Assembly (NCBI GenBank): GCA_000165425.1
Contig: CT868675.1
Coordinates: 186,001-250,000 of the forward strand
Direction: 5' to 3'
DNA: 64,000 bases
Origin: Paramecium tetraurelia
Taxonomy: Eukaryota
The notes beneath the pieces are model-generated. The model saw only the letters and a program-made list of their open reading frames with translations, ran no database searches and was not told the DNA's origin. Positions 38,405 through 53,470 of the stretch are shown here, in pieces (position 1 is the stretch's first letter; each line of letters begins with the position of its first letter). The translations under genes were made by a program, and so were the position numbers.

Positions 38405-39583
38405 ATGTCTGCTTCTCCGTTGATTAAAGTTGCTAGTTCAGCCTTTACAAACGGATCAGCATTGACATTCAAAAAGAAGAATCTGTCTAACTCTTAAACA
38501 CAGAACTTTATGGTTGGTAACTCTCCACTCAAATCTCTTGATGAGAATGAGCAATCGCCTTCAAAATTAATCAACATCTACTCTGATAGTGCATTATTTA
38601 ATGTGGGAAATTCTTACTCAACTGTAAAAAATGCTCCAATTATAGAAGAGGAGAAGACACATAAAACTTACACCTATAGTTAAATGCCTCCCGAAGAAGC
38701 AGAGAAAGCATATTGTGAAAGATAAAAAATAATAAAGGAATAAATAAAGAGAAGCAAAAACAGTGGAAAATTTAAAGCTAAAAAGAGGGTTGATACAAAT
38801 AAATCTACTTTGAAAAGTGCCTTAAAGAAATAATAATTAGACTATTCAACTGCTTAATCTTAATAGATAGATATTTCAAGAACATCCCAAACATTTAGAA
38901 GAAAGTCAATAGATTAGCCAATACAGACTGTCCCTAAGCCTCATCCGAAAGTAAATAAAATAATTGAAAATAATAATTCCAATAAGAGTACCAAATAATC
39001 CTAACTAAATAGTTCAGATTTCCTCTAGCAATCCTTTCATTAGTAATTGTAAAGCAAAAAGTAGTAGTTGCTGACTGAAATTGCTTAATTAGATAAAGAA
39101 ATAGTAAGAGAGAAAGAGAAAAAGTAATAATCTCTAGTATAATCAATTAATATTTCCCCCAGAGGTTAGAAAATGAAATAAAATCCTACCTAAAAAGATG
39201 ATCTGAAATCTACATATGAGAAAAGACAATAGATGAAAAAGGTAGCAGATAAAGAGAAGTAACGTAAGGAGATGGAATAATGCACTTTCAAGCCATAACT
39301 TAATAGCAATACAAGCAGAAAATTGAATACTTCCTAAAGTTCAAAGTTTACTCCTTTGACTTCACCAAAGTAGACCAAAGTCACTCATCCAATCAAGGTG
39401 CCCACTCGATCTTAATCGCAGGAGGAGAGGGTTGTCAAGAAGGACGGATTGCAGAATTCAAAGGAGGATTTAAATTGTAAGGAATTCGTATTAATAGTAG
39501 AACGGTTACAACGAATGAATGAGAAATATAACATGATATTGGAACAATCAAATAAAATTAGAAACCAGTTAAAACAAATCTGA
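38405..39583 (+). CDS. Hypothetical low-complexity protein
   Basis: Open frame MSASPLIKVASSAF...KEMEQCTFKPQLN...QLKQI*. Confidence 0.7.
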
Positions 39584-39604
39584 ATATTTTTAATTAATAT
39601 TTAT

Positions 39605-41675
39605 ATGGATATCGATGAATTATTAGATGAGATAGTTCTGGACAATCAGTATAAGCCTTCGAATTCAAGAGATAGAAGTAGAAGGTCATTTGTGGATCCA
39701 CCGTAAATAGAATTATTTAATGAAGGAAATTAGAGACACAAAAAATTTCAAATGATCCATATGAATTTGATAGTATTTTAAAATCATCAGATTCTCCACT
39801 CGATAAACAATAGACCTATGCTTCTCGCTAAAGACCTTAAACTGCTATCATAGACGAATCAAAAAAACAGAAGATGGCTGATCTATTTTAATTGCCAAAA
39901 CCAAATGTAGCCAAAGATTAACTGCCAATCCAACCAATTGATGATTCGACCAACGCTACCAGTGATTTTCAATAGACTCAGAGCAGAAGAGGTAAGATGA
40001 GAATGCTTTCACAAAATAAGGGGCAACCCTAAAAAAGTGGAATGGACTTGAGTCAAGACCCTGTTTTTAATTATAATCAATAATCTGAAATTGAAAAATA
40101 ATCAATACAATCAGATTATTCAAATAAATAAAATAAGTAACCAGATATTGGATTCAATATCAATAACAATCAAATAATCAATACTAATAATAATAATAAT
40201 ATCAATAATGCAAATTTAACAAAATTATAAGATGAAATATAATCATTAAAATAAGATCGAGATAAATTGAACCAAGAGATATAGTAAATTAAGAATGAGA
40301 AAAATAAACTATAAGATGAATTAGACATTGAAAAAAGGGAGAGAACCAGATTGCTCTAAGATAAATTAGATCTTGAGAAATAATTCATAAAGGAGAAGGA
40401 TTACCTCAAATCGGAATTCGAAAGAGAAAAATAAAGAATTCTTGACACAGCCAAATTAGAAGTAAATTTAAATATCTATTTAATCTTAGAATGAACTCAT
40501 CAAATAGCAATTAGGAGAATAAAAGCAACTTGACAATTTGGCAGAGAAAATAAATGTCAGTGCAAAAGAATTGGAATTATTAAAGAATTAATTATATTAA
40601 AAGCATGAATAATAGACATAAGAGAAAATTAAATAATTGGATACCAAAAAACTAGAAATTTAAGACAAGGAATCTTAATTAGAAAAAGAAAAGTCATATT
40701 TAGAAAATGAAAAGAGAAGATTGCAAAACCTATAAGATGATCTCAGCAGAAGAGAATAATTATTTTAAGCATCTATTGATGGAGAGAAGAAGTCGTTATA
40801 AAGTGAGAAACAGTTATTATAGGATATCAAAGATTCATTGAGAAATTTGGAGTTGGAAACGAAGAAAAGATTGGAACAAGAGAATCTATTATTATAAAGA
40901 TAAAAGTAATTATTTTGATCATTAAGATAGAAATGAATTTGATGTATAAAAACATGAGTTGAATTCTTAAGCTTAGAGTAAATTAAGATAATTGGAGGCA
41001 GATAGATAGATTTTTGAATAGTAAAAATTGGAATATTCTGATTTTACTTAGAAGAATAATGAAATTATTTAATAAAGGTATGCAGATATTGAAAAGTAAT
41101 AGCAAAAGGTTGCTGCTAAAGAAATGCAATTGATAAATTAACAAAGAGATTTGGATATGAAAAATAATTAAGTTAACAGTTTGCATGCTGAATATTCAAG
41201 GAAATTGAATTTGGTTGAAAATGAAAGATAATTATTATTGGATAAATTGAAAGAAATTAATGAGAAGGAGAAACTTTACTAATAAGAAATCTCAAATGTT
41301 TAAGAGTTTAGACAAATACATCAATAAGAAAAAGAGTAAATTCAAAAGTAGAAGATTGAATTAACTTAACAATTAACAATGAATTAATAGGATAAAATTT
41401 AAATTGAGTAAGAAAAGAGTCAATTGAATATGATGCATAAAACATTATCTCATTTAAGATAAGAAATTACTTAAAATTCTCTATAAGGTTTCTCTTAAAC
41501 GACAGCACCACCAATGCCAATTCGACTAGGTTAGAAAACTAAAATGGAAAAGCCTAGATCTGCTTAAAAGATCCCTTTTAATACAACTTAAAATTCCTCA
41601 ATGAATCAAACATCCTCAAATTTTGATGTTGGCAGCTACATGAAATATCTAAAAAATGTTGATTATTTACATTGA
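39605..41675 (+). CDS. Long coiled-coil protein
   Basis: MDIDELLDEIVLD...; extended E/K/Q heptads; small introns; TGA 41673-41675. Confidence 0.75.
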
Positions 41676-41871
41676 AATCTATCATAAAAATATCATTTAT
41701 CATTTTTTCTATTGTTTTTAGATTACCATTAGTGTAGACTTATGGTGATCTCTAAATAAATGTCATTTGTTTCCATCATTTGTACACTTTTTGATCTTAA
41801 TTGTTCATATTTTAATCGAGTATAGTCAATAATATTCGTTAAATTCAAAATTTAAAGATGAATTAACAGAG

Positions 41872-44081
41872 ATGTCCTAACAAGTAGCACAATTTATATC
41901 GACATCAAGCAATTAGATACAAGGAGGACACAGTCATAGATTCCACCCATACTAAATCACAGACTTCGGATTAGAGTATTAAATTAAGAATAATTTGAGA
42001 AATATCTAAAATATCAGAAATCAAAGTTGTGAATGATTTTTCAATTGACTCCTAGTGTTTGGATCGTAGTAGTATTCTAGAACAATCTTTGGAACACGAT
42101 TTGCGATAATGGCAATAAGCATATAAGATTGATAATTTGATTGTCTAAAAACTTGAGAAAGGTTCAATTTATGAATTATCAATAGAAATAAAAGATATTG
42201 ACAATTAAATAGTTTAGATTGCGACTCAATTCGATGTTTGTATGAATTTGCAGTAAAAAACCGAAGCCAAATTTAGAGAGTTTTAACAACTGATGAAGGG
42301 TACATAATTCATTAAGTTTTCCCGTTCTAATTGTAAGAAATGGGATTAAAGAACGATCTTTTATTGTTCGTTTTTGGATTCGATTTGTTGGAAATCAAAA
42401 ACTTCCAAATTTCCATCTGCCAAATAAACTATCCCCATAGATTCCATAATACAGATTCATACGAATTACAATAAGTAAAGATATCTATTAAAAGAAGATA
42501 CAAATTGATTAAAAAGAACTTTGTTTTACCTCCAAATGCTGAATAAGATTGTTTTTTAGCAATAGAAGCAAAAAATGGGGTTAGATTAGAATTACTTGCA
42601 GAGAACAAAGATGATTAGTTTTTGTATGCTAAAATTTTGAATCTGTTGATAAACAAGGAAAGAAATACAAAAAACCAAAATCAATTTATAATTGAACAAT
42701 ATTGTTTGGATATTAATCTAATTAGAAAAGTATTTTATATTAATAAATGAAACTAGAATTTGGAGGGATCCAAAAAGAATTTCTTAGAAACAATAGATAA
42801 ATTACAGCAAAGCTTCATTTCAACAACTTCAACCCTCTTGAAATAGGAGAGAGAGAAAACTAAAACAATCAAAAAAAAATCGTAGCATTTAGCTTTTTAA
42901 AGTAAACTACAATTGGAAGATATGAATAAGGAAAATAAAATATAGAAAAAACAAATAGTTGAATTACAATTGGAAAATGATTATTTAGAAAGCAGAATAG
43001 AATAGTTATAAGAGTATTACACTTCAAGATAGTTATAAATTAAGAGCTCAGCTAATCCTTAGCAAGTTTAGCTATATCAAATAATTAAAGATATAATTGG
43101 TATGAATGGAGATCAAAGTATTCACAATGAGTCATAATATGAATATTAACCCTAAGATTATCATGAAGAAAATGTTAAAAACCTACAAAAGCTTTCCACT
43201 CTCTATGATAGATAATAGAGTACTGAAATGGAATTAAGATCATTCATCAAAGAATTACAGGAGGAGAAATCCTCAATAGCCACTTAATTGTAATAAACAT
43301 AACTAGATTTACATGAATAAGAAATGTATATCATTGAATTAGAGAACATAAATAATCTGCTACAAACTAAATTATAGGATGTTAATCAGATCTTAGAATT
43401 TAAAGAGTAGTAGTTTTCAAATCTAGTCTAGGATATGTAAAAATTATAATAAGAAATGCCAAAACTAGTGAATAGCAATAGTTAACACTCTATTAGCACT
43501 GAGACTCGGAGGTTGCAGACTGAAAATGATAAACTTAAAGATACAATCCAATATAAAATAAAAGAATTAAAAAAGTAATCCTCATTATATTATTCTAGTT
43601 AAATGATGAAAGAAGAATAGAATTGGATGAACTTCTTTGTACAAATAATTTCTTACATTTGCTATTATATTTCTCCTGATGATTTATCATCTGACATTAA
43701 TATTACTATACAAGGACTGTATTACAAGTTGTGTGAGAAGGCTTATGGAGAATCATAATCCTAGTTGGATAATTTGATCAATGTGATTAAACAGAAGGCC
43801 AATTTCTTTTAAAAGCAATATAATGAGTAGTTCCAATAACTGTTTAAGGATCAATAAGCAATATTATGTAGCGTAGCATCAAGTTTTGAATTAAATTTAT
43901 TTTAGGATTACCTTCTCCGAAAACTACTAATTCGAGACAATCATCTAATTTAACTCTGCAATTAGATAAGACATTCCAGTCTCCAAGTAGGGTTTTTGTG
44001 AAAAATAAGGCCAAATTGAGCAAGGATAATCATCCTTTGGATTCCATTTAAATATAGTATTTGACTTAATTAATTAAATGA
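41872..44081 (+). CDS. PH-domain plus coiled-coil protein
   Basis: LMKGTQFIKFSRS...RTIFY...ICWKS...IPIDSIIQI...CFLAIEAKNGVRLELLAENKDDQFLYAKILNLL is a PLC-type PH pattern, followed by coiled coil. Confidence 0.7.
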
Positions 44082-44104
44082 ATTAATTCTATATATAATA
44101 GGAT

Positions 44105-45185
44105 TCATTTTAAAAACTATTCAAGTAGATTCTACGGAATTGGTATTCCACATTTATATTCAAACCCAGCTTGATGAAGTAAGGCAACACAAGGATAGAT
44201 AGGACCTTTTTTAAGTAAATCTGAGGAGATGGCTTTGCCCAAGAAATAGCCATTGTATGAAAATGCCAGAACTCCTCTATTCATATCGAGGAGTATTCCA
44301 ACTTCACCACTGTTTTTAAATTTTTCTCCATATTCAAAACCCTAATTTAAATACAATTATCACATTCGCATTGCTTCCATTTCTAAATTAGCCTACAGTA
44401 TAATAAGCATATCCGAAATTGTAGTCAGAAAAAGCTGTTTTGAGCTCATATTTGTCAGATGTTGAAACTCCAATTTTCATTTCATTTTTAGTCATAGCCA
44501 GAGGAATAATTTTCCAAAAATGAATTCCTTTTTAGAACCCTACAGAACTAGTTACAGTTTTAAAAGTGTAATCTTCTTCTTGTAATGTAATGACAGATTG
44601 CTTAATTACGATTCCTTGACCGCATTTATCAAAATTAAAGTTAGTAAGCCCAGTTTAACTAAATGCGAGAGACTAAGGCATCTTTGGAAAAATTGGTATT
44701 ACTTCTTTATTTTTAATAGATTATTCTAAATTAATAATTTCTTTTCTAATCCTTGCAAAATCTTTTTATTCGACAAATGGAAATAATTTACAGAAATATA
44801 AACATTCCAGACTACATACTTTTTCATTTATGAATTATTAATTAATGCTTTGGTGGCAAATCTCAAAGTTTAGACAATTGGCTTATATTAGTATTTGCTG
44901 CATTGGTTAATCTACTATCGCCTACTTGACTTACTTGAGAGGGGCATACTCAACCTTTTTGGCTTGGACTAACTATGATTTAGTGAGAATTTCATTATAA
45001 GCTTCTTTTAAAGCAGACTTCTTAATAGATCTAAACTAGATTGATTGGCATTAAACACATTCATAGTTTTTCCCAAATATTTCCTGGAGGCAGACCTTGC
45101 AGTACATAGAACCACACTTTTCACATATTTAAGCTTTGATGGCTAATTTCATACAAAGAGAGCATTCAAAACCTGTGTCTGTCAT
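44105..45185 (-). CDS. RING-finger plus SPRY domain protein (putative E3 ligase)
   Basis: CSLC..CEKCGSMYCKVC..CVQC RING-like motif reads in frame through a Cys-rich linker (CLNFEIC..CSLEC) into SPRY (GFQKGIHFWKI, MKIGVS, VGILLDMNRGVLAFSYNG, IYPCVAL). Confidence 0.8.
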
Positions 45186-45263
45186 TTTGTTGAATTTTAT
45201 TTAAAATTAATATATAAATAATTAGAAAAATGCTATTTATAATTTTCTTTATGAATTTACAAA

Positions 45264-46101
45264 TCACATTTAACTCATATAAACGCTTTGATTGGAACTA
45301 CCTTTGTTAGTGAATTATCCTTCAAATGCTAACTTGTCCATCTTTTGTTTGATTTCCAGTTCTTTTTTGATGTTTTGATATTTTTATAGCAATCTAATTG
45401 ATAAAATATGTAACTGTACTTTTCGAGTTCGAGAGTACGATTTTTCTTCTGTTCATCTTAACCTCCTTTGATTCTTTATTGCAGAGCGTTGATTTCATTT
45501 CTGTATCTCATTTTTAATTGTTTCAACTAAGTGTTTATTTTGTTTGTTCTTTCTATTTAGTATCTCTAATAGTCAACGTCTTCAATTTAGACTCTCTGTT
45601 CTTTAATTCTCTAAGCCTCAACATAACAAAAAATTAAGAAAATGGATACTTCTTTTGTTTGGCCAAATATTCTTCTCTTTTTTTGAGATTGAGAACATCA
45701 GAAGATTCTTTTGGCTTTGAAGGAATAGTTCTTTCTAATTCTTCAGAGACTTTATTAAATTCATTTTATTATTTGTTTAATAATTCCTATTCCACTGCTG
45801 AAGCTTCATCATTAAATTTTTACATCTTCTCATCCCAGAATCGGTTGAATTGATCAAATTCTTCAAGATGAGCTCTTTCAATTTCTTGCTCCTATTAATA
45901 ATGAGCTTATTGCATTTCTTTTCTCCTTCTTTAAACCAATTGTTTCTTCAACTCCACTATTCTTTTTTGGGCAGCGTCTGCCTACATGTATTCTGCAGAT
46001 TTTTCACAAGAATCCTGATATTGCAAAAGTGTTTTTATGTATGATTCAACATCATTAGCAGTATTAAGATTTGGTTCATTAGGGAAAAGATCTTAAGACA
46101 T
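45264..46101 (-). CDS. Coiled-coil protein of a type common in ciliated protists
   Basis: CEKSAEYMQADAAQKRIVELK, EIERAHLEEFDQFNRFWDEKM, PKESSDVLNLKKREEYLAKQK.YVEA, LLQKYQNIKKELE. Confidence 0.75.
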
Positions 46102-46135
46102 TGATACTTTGATATTTTGTGATTAATTAAAATTT

Positions 46136-47459
46136 TCATTTTTATAAGAATATAACTATACAAGTAATATCGTCCCTTGCTAAACTGTTCTTGAAATAAG
46201 CATAATACTATTACTCTTCTCCATGCCTACGTGGCTTCAATTATAATACGCTCAGCTGCTTGGTCAGGGCTGTCCTTTTCCAAAAATGGAATCACAATAC
46301 TCATCACCTAATTGATTCGGTATGTACCTCTTCATTACTCATATACTCCCACACTCCGTCCGATGCAATGACGATGAATTGATCCTGTGCACTAATAGAG
46401 AACCGTTTGATTTCAGGTTCAGCGATGACTCCAGCTTAAACACCAACTTTGTCTCCAAAGGACCTGGTCATCGCCAAACCAGGAGCTTGGATATAAGACA
46501 ACCAAACTCTGTATGGTCCTATTCCATTTCCATGGAAATCTACAAATATAAAAATAGATTGACAACCCTTTTATTATTCAACTCTTCCACCTGCATCCAG
46601 AATCCTAACTTTTTCTTGTGGATCATCTGGCTTATGATCTCTACTTAATTCCACGACCTTCCATCCATCATCAAACCTACACATAATGGCTCTAGAATCG
46701 CCAACATTTGCAGAGTAGATCTATTTCATATCAATTATATACTTAATCTTTTGTGATTAGCAAAGAGACTGTCGTAGATCCAGATAGATTAGTATCAATT
46801 TCTGAATTACACAATTCCTTGTTAGTAATTGCGAAAGCCTTGGAGATCTGGATTTCTAAATCGCCTGCTTCTTTCAATAGTCTTCCAAGATGTTTGGGCA
46901 ATTGTTACCTGATTTAATTGGAAACCATGTGACCATATTAGCCATGTCCATCACAGACGGCAAAGAACTTATAGCCCATACTAGAAATAAGAACATTTTA
47001 AAACTTTTCTAAGTTCTTTGGACTCAAAATAGTTGCATCTTAATTAATTTTTGTTGCTTTGTTTGGCTAACATCCAGCCTTAGTTCTCGTTGCAATTTAA
47101 ACTGAATTTCTTTTTCCTTGTCTCCTCTCTGGCGTGATTGATTTTCTCATCCCATCAGTCTCCGATATTTATTTTTTCCTCTGTATTTGTTGATCACTTA
47201 ATTGAAGAGAGGGCAATTTGTTGGCTTTCCCCTTGTAAATCTGGACTGTCTACTCAACCCTGCTCAACTTTTTCATAGGAGGTAAAGCAGGCAATGATAC
47301 ATTCCCTTAAAACTTACTACTATTCGATGCTACATCAACACTCTCAGGATATCGAGGCAGTAATCTCTACAAGTTCTCCTTTTGTGGAGAATAAATCCCT
47401 ACTGGTATCAGACGATATTCTCTGTGCAATCTTGCTAAAGAAGACTATTAAGGGTACAT
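46136..47459 (-). CDS. Protein phosphatase 2C
   Basis: [46 protein letters not shown]. Confidence 0.92.
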
Positions 47460-47501
47460 TATTATTTTAATTAATTTTACAATCGTTATAACAATATTAT
47501 T

Positions 47502-49930
47502 ATGCCAGCTGAATGTGTGAAGGTTATAGTTAGAGTCAGACCATTTAACTAGAAAGAACGAGATAATGGTAGCAAACTATGTGTAAATGCTAATGAAAGT
47601 ACAAATTCTGTAGAACTCTTTAGAGTATGAATACAAATTTATTGTATTACTAGAGCTCGGAAAGCGATTCAAAACAATTCACTTATGATTATGTATTCGG
47701 GCCAGAAACACCTCAACTTTAGATATATTAATAAACTGCATTTAATTTGGTGGAATCCGTAGCGGAGGGGTACAACGGAACCATCTTTGCTTATGGTTAA
47801 ACTGGTATGCAAAATGTATAATCATTTAGGTTGTGGTAAAACGTTCACAATGATTGGAGATCCATTAAATGTATATTCAATCACATAAATCTTAGGATAA
47901 CATGAAAGGCATAATACCAAGAACATTTGAATAGATAATCAGCATCATCAACAACAATTCAGATTCCAATAAGAAGTTCTTGTTGAGGTGTTCATACATT
48001 GAAATTTACAATGAAGAAATACATGATTTATTGAGTAAGGATGTTAAATAGAGATATGAATTAAAAGAAGGACAATAAGGAGTTTATGTTAAGGATTTGA
48101 ATATTCCCATTGTGAAAACATTATAAGACATGGATAAATTCATGACATTAGGAGCGTAGAATCGATCAGTAGGGGCAACAGCCATGAATAAGGAATCAAG
48201 TAGGAGTCATTGTATTTTTACTGTATACATTGAATGTTCAATGACTGATGACAAGGGAAATGAACGCATTACTGCTGGTAAACTGAACTTAGTAGATCTG
48301 GCAGGAAGTGAGAGACAATCTAAAACTTAGGCTACTGGAGATAGGTTGAAAGAAGCTACCAAAATTAATTTGTCATTGTCTGCCTTAGGGAATGTGATTT
48401 CAGCTTTGGTTGATGGTAAAACACAACACATTCCTTACAGAGATTCTAAACTAACAAGATTATTGTAGGATTCATTAGGTGGTAATACTAAGACAATAAT
48501 GATTGCTGCCATCTCTCCTTCTGATTTTAATTATGATGAGACATTGTCAAGTCTAAGATATGCATCTAGAGCCAAGATGATTAAGAATCAACCAAAAGTA
48601 AATGAAGATCCTAAAGATGCTATGTTAAAGGAATAGGCTGAAGAAATTAAGAAACTAAGAGAACTATTGCTTAAATAGAACTAGGACACTGGGGATCGAC
48701 AGAAAGTGGATAATAATGGAAGATTAAACAATGTTGATAATAGTCATCATGAACAAATAAATCAATTCAAAGAGATTAATAATTAATTACTATAGGAGAA
48801 ATAGAGATATGAGAATGAGATGAAGGAAAAAAGTGAATAGGCTGAATAAGAGAGATTGGCAAGGTAGAGATTGGAAGAATTGTTGAAGGAGAAGGAGTAG
48901 ATGATGATTAAGGGTGGGAAGGGAACAGATGATGATAAAAAAAAATATAAGAAAATGCAATTGGCTATAGAACAATAGAAGAAAGATCATGAACAATTGA
49001 AAATTCAATAGGAGTAGAAGGAAAAGGAAATGCTTGAGATTGAATATAAATATAATAGTGTACAGGATGAAGTAGAAAAATTAAGAAAACAAGTTAAGTA
49101 TTTGAAAAATAAATACGAATAGCAACAATAAGAATAAAATGAAATGAAATAAGACTTTGAATATGACAAGGAAGAGTTTTTGGATACCATTAGATCATAA
49201 TCAAAGGAAATTAAATTGTTTTCTGGAATTTTGAGGATGATTCTATTATAAGAAGACATAGAAAAAATTACTAATTGTTGTGAATGGAATGATGATGTGG
49301 AAGAATACAAAATACCTCCATTTAACATCAAAGCTAAGAAGGTCAACTTTCCAAATCTGCCTTATTAGAAAGCCATGGATCTGATCGATGTAGAAAAATA
49401 AGAGAGGCAAGTTGAAATCCATCACAGACCATTACCATCAAGCTATAGAGATGTAGAAAACACTAGAATTGCATCACCTGGCAGACAGAGGAAAGGTATA
49501 ATTACATAATCAATGTAGGGGAATCATAACCAAGAATGAATGGAAACAATGATAATAAGGGAATGAGCATAGTAGAGAAGACTAAACTGAATTAGCAGCT
49601 TCTAGAAATTTATGAAGGAAAATCAAATAAAACTTAAAAAGATGAGTTACTATAATAATAATAGTAATAAAAAAGAGTCAATTAGAAGATTATATTAAAT
49701 CCTATTGATAATAGAGGGAACCAAGTCCAAAATTTTAATAATTAATGTGAGCCAATAGTTATTAATAATAATTAAAACAATAATTAAAATACGTCTTAAA
49801 TTACTCCTCCTTTAGTTAAGAAAAGTATTCATGCAAATATTATTATTTAGTTTCAAATTTAAATCCCTTAGATCAAAAACCCCCAACAGGCAGATTGGTT
49901 TAACAGCAAAAAATTTAATAATAATACTGA
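47502..49930 (+). CDS. Kinesin-2 family motor (KIF3/KIF17/OSM-3-like)
   Basis: [69 protein letters not shown], neck [15 protein letters not shown], coiled stalk, tail [11 protein letters not shown]. Confidence 0.92.
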
Positions 49931-49943
49931 TATATATATAAAA

Positions 49944-51261
<1,318 letters not shown>

Positions 51262-51302
51262 TTTGGCTCCAAAAATTAAATTAATTAACTTTCATTATAA
51301 AA

Positions 51303-52290
51303 TCAACCAATTATTTCTTCTTCGTCCTCCTCCTATAATTCCTTTAGTATTTTTGAGTGTTCTACTTAAGTTTCATACCAAATTACTCCATTCGATGGTA
51401 GATCCCTAACACTCGGTGACAAGATCTAGATCCAATTTTTCACCTGTCCAAAGATTTATTATAAATTTTATATTCTCTTACTCTTTCTGAAATCATTATT
51501 CTTATCCCAAAATTCTAAAGTGGTGACTCCTCTCATTGCCAAAAACCAGTTCCAACCTGCAAAGGCTGACAACATGAAAAACAATGAAATGTTTAAGGGC
51601 CATATTATTGAAAATTCTTTTGTTTGATGAACTCTGTACTCCTCAAATTTATTGCTATCTCCAGTTAAACCAATACCTCATCACTAAATTCAGGTTCAGA
51701 ATTGAAATGTAGAATGTCCCTATTGCAATATGAGTTAAGAATAAAATAAAGTATCGATGGTTCTAGTGTCCGACACACTACCCAACCCAAGGACAATGAT
51801 GGTCCATCTTCAATACACATTTGTTGCATATACTGCAATGATGCGCCCTCTAAGGTTTTGGCAAACAACATTTATCGCAATATTTCAAGGTGCTTTGGTC
51901 CAGTTTAATCGCCCACTATGATTTATTGAATTAGCATCTTATTGGATCATAGATGAATGGACCCTCCTCTTTGTCATCTCTTTTCGTAAATATTTCCGAT
52001 GTCAATCCTGGAGACACTATTAACACCAACCCATAATTGAAAATCACATTAAATCCTAATTTATCAATTCAGTAATTACCCTCGATCAATCCAACCAGCA
52101 TCAATACAACTACTAGCAGTTTATTATTGTAAACTAAATAATATAATAGCATTGTGTCATAAATGAATGAGTAAATGATTCCAATGTACAAAGCCATAAA
52201 GAAGCCTATTAATAAATATCCCACAAATTTGAATGCCAGACTATATATGGTTTTTATTGATCGCTTCTCTTTAGGACTTAGTTTATTCAT
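51303..52290 (-). CDS. DHHC palmitoyl-acyltransferase
   Basis: CDKCCLPKPQRAHHCSICNKCVLKMDHHCPWVGQCVGHQNHRYFILFL, TTLEF, four TM segments. Confidence 0.92.
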
Positions 52291-52456
52291 AATTTTAATT
52301 TTTAAATTATATATATATAATTAGTCTATTGTGTAGAATGTTTAATTTCTGTAATTCTATGAATATTTCTTAAAGCCTTATTAATCCTCATAGAGAAAGG
52401 TTTGAATATAACCATATAAATATTTAATTTTTTTATTTATATATGTCTTTATTATT

Positions 52457-53395
52457 TCAGACGGCTGAGGCTCCTGAAATGATTTCACACAATTCTACTG
52501 TGATTTTGGCTTATCTAACCTTATTGTATTCAAGAGTCAATTTATCAAGCATTTCTCCTGCATTCTTAGAAGCATTTTCCATAGCATTCATTCTAGAAGA
52601 TGTTTCACTTGCAAAATTATTCAACATAGCATGATAAAAGGCAGTAGCTACATAGTATTCGTACATGTAATTCTGGACGAATTCCTTTTCAGGTTCTGCA
52701 GTATCATATTTAGTAACCAATCTGAATTGAGCAATGAAGTTCTTTCTATTGAGTAAATCAACTCGCTTGATAACTTATTGAACCACATTCTTGAATTAAT
52801 TGAAAATGATGGAAATCTAATCAATATCATCTGTGACATTGAATTGAATCTGATGTGCGATGGAAGAACTATTCACAAAATTGATCGGTGTTTAGATGGC
52901 TGTTATTGCTTGAGTGAGCAATTCAGGGAAACCTCTTTAGAGGGCTCCTAACGACTAGAATGTAAAAATGATATTGAATACCTTTTCGCCGATCAAAAAT
53001 AATTTGTAAGCATTACGATTTTATCTGACAATGCTTCTGGTTTCTCTGATGATTGATGAGTTGATGCCACCGCAAAGTCCTTTGTCTGATGTGATTGGGA
53101 CAATCAGAGTCTTATTGATCTTAAATGTCAATTGCTTCTTCTAGAGATAGGTTTCTTGGGCAAATAAATCTTAGAGGGAACGTACTCCGAAGTACTTTCC
53201 ATTTTCTAATCTTTGGACATCCTGCTTCATCTTGGATGCAGCAACCATCTTCATGGCCTTGGTAATCTTTCTAATTGATCCCACAGACTTCATTCTCTAT
53301 TTCAATTATTTCAGATTCAATGTGGCGAATGCATACTGAGGTACTGGAGTAAAGCTGCTCCATAAACTGAGTGTGGCACCCTATAATCTCTGCAT
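52457..53395 (-). CDS. ATP3: Mitochondrial F1-ATP synthase gamma subunit
   Basis: Presequence, then [74 protein letters not shown]. Confidence 0.95.
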
Positions 53396-53470
53396 TTTTA
53401 ATTAAATAAATAAATCTTTATCACAAAAGACTATATTATTTTAAATCTCAACCGTAATTAAAATTAAAGA

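Noticed and set aside
44825..44865. Separate RING and SPRY genes
   Set aside because: The frame runs uninterrupted from RING to SPRY, and the ATG at 44827 is out of frame.
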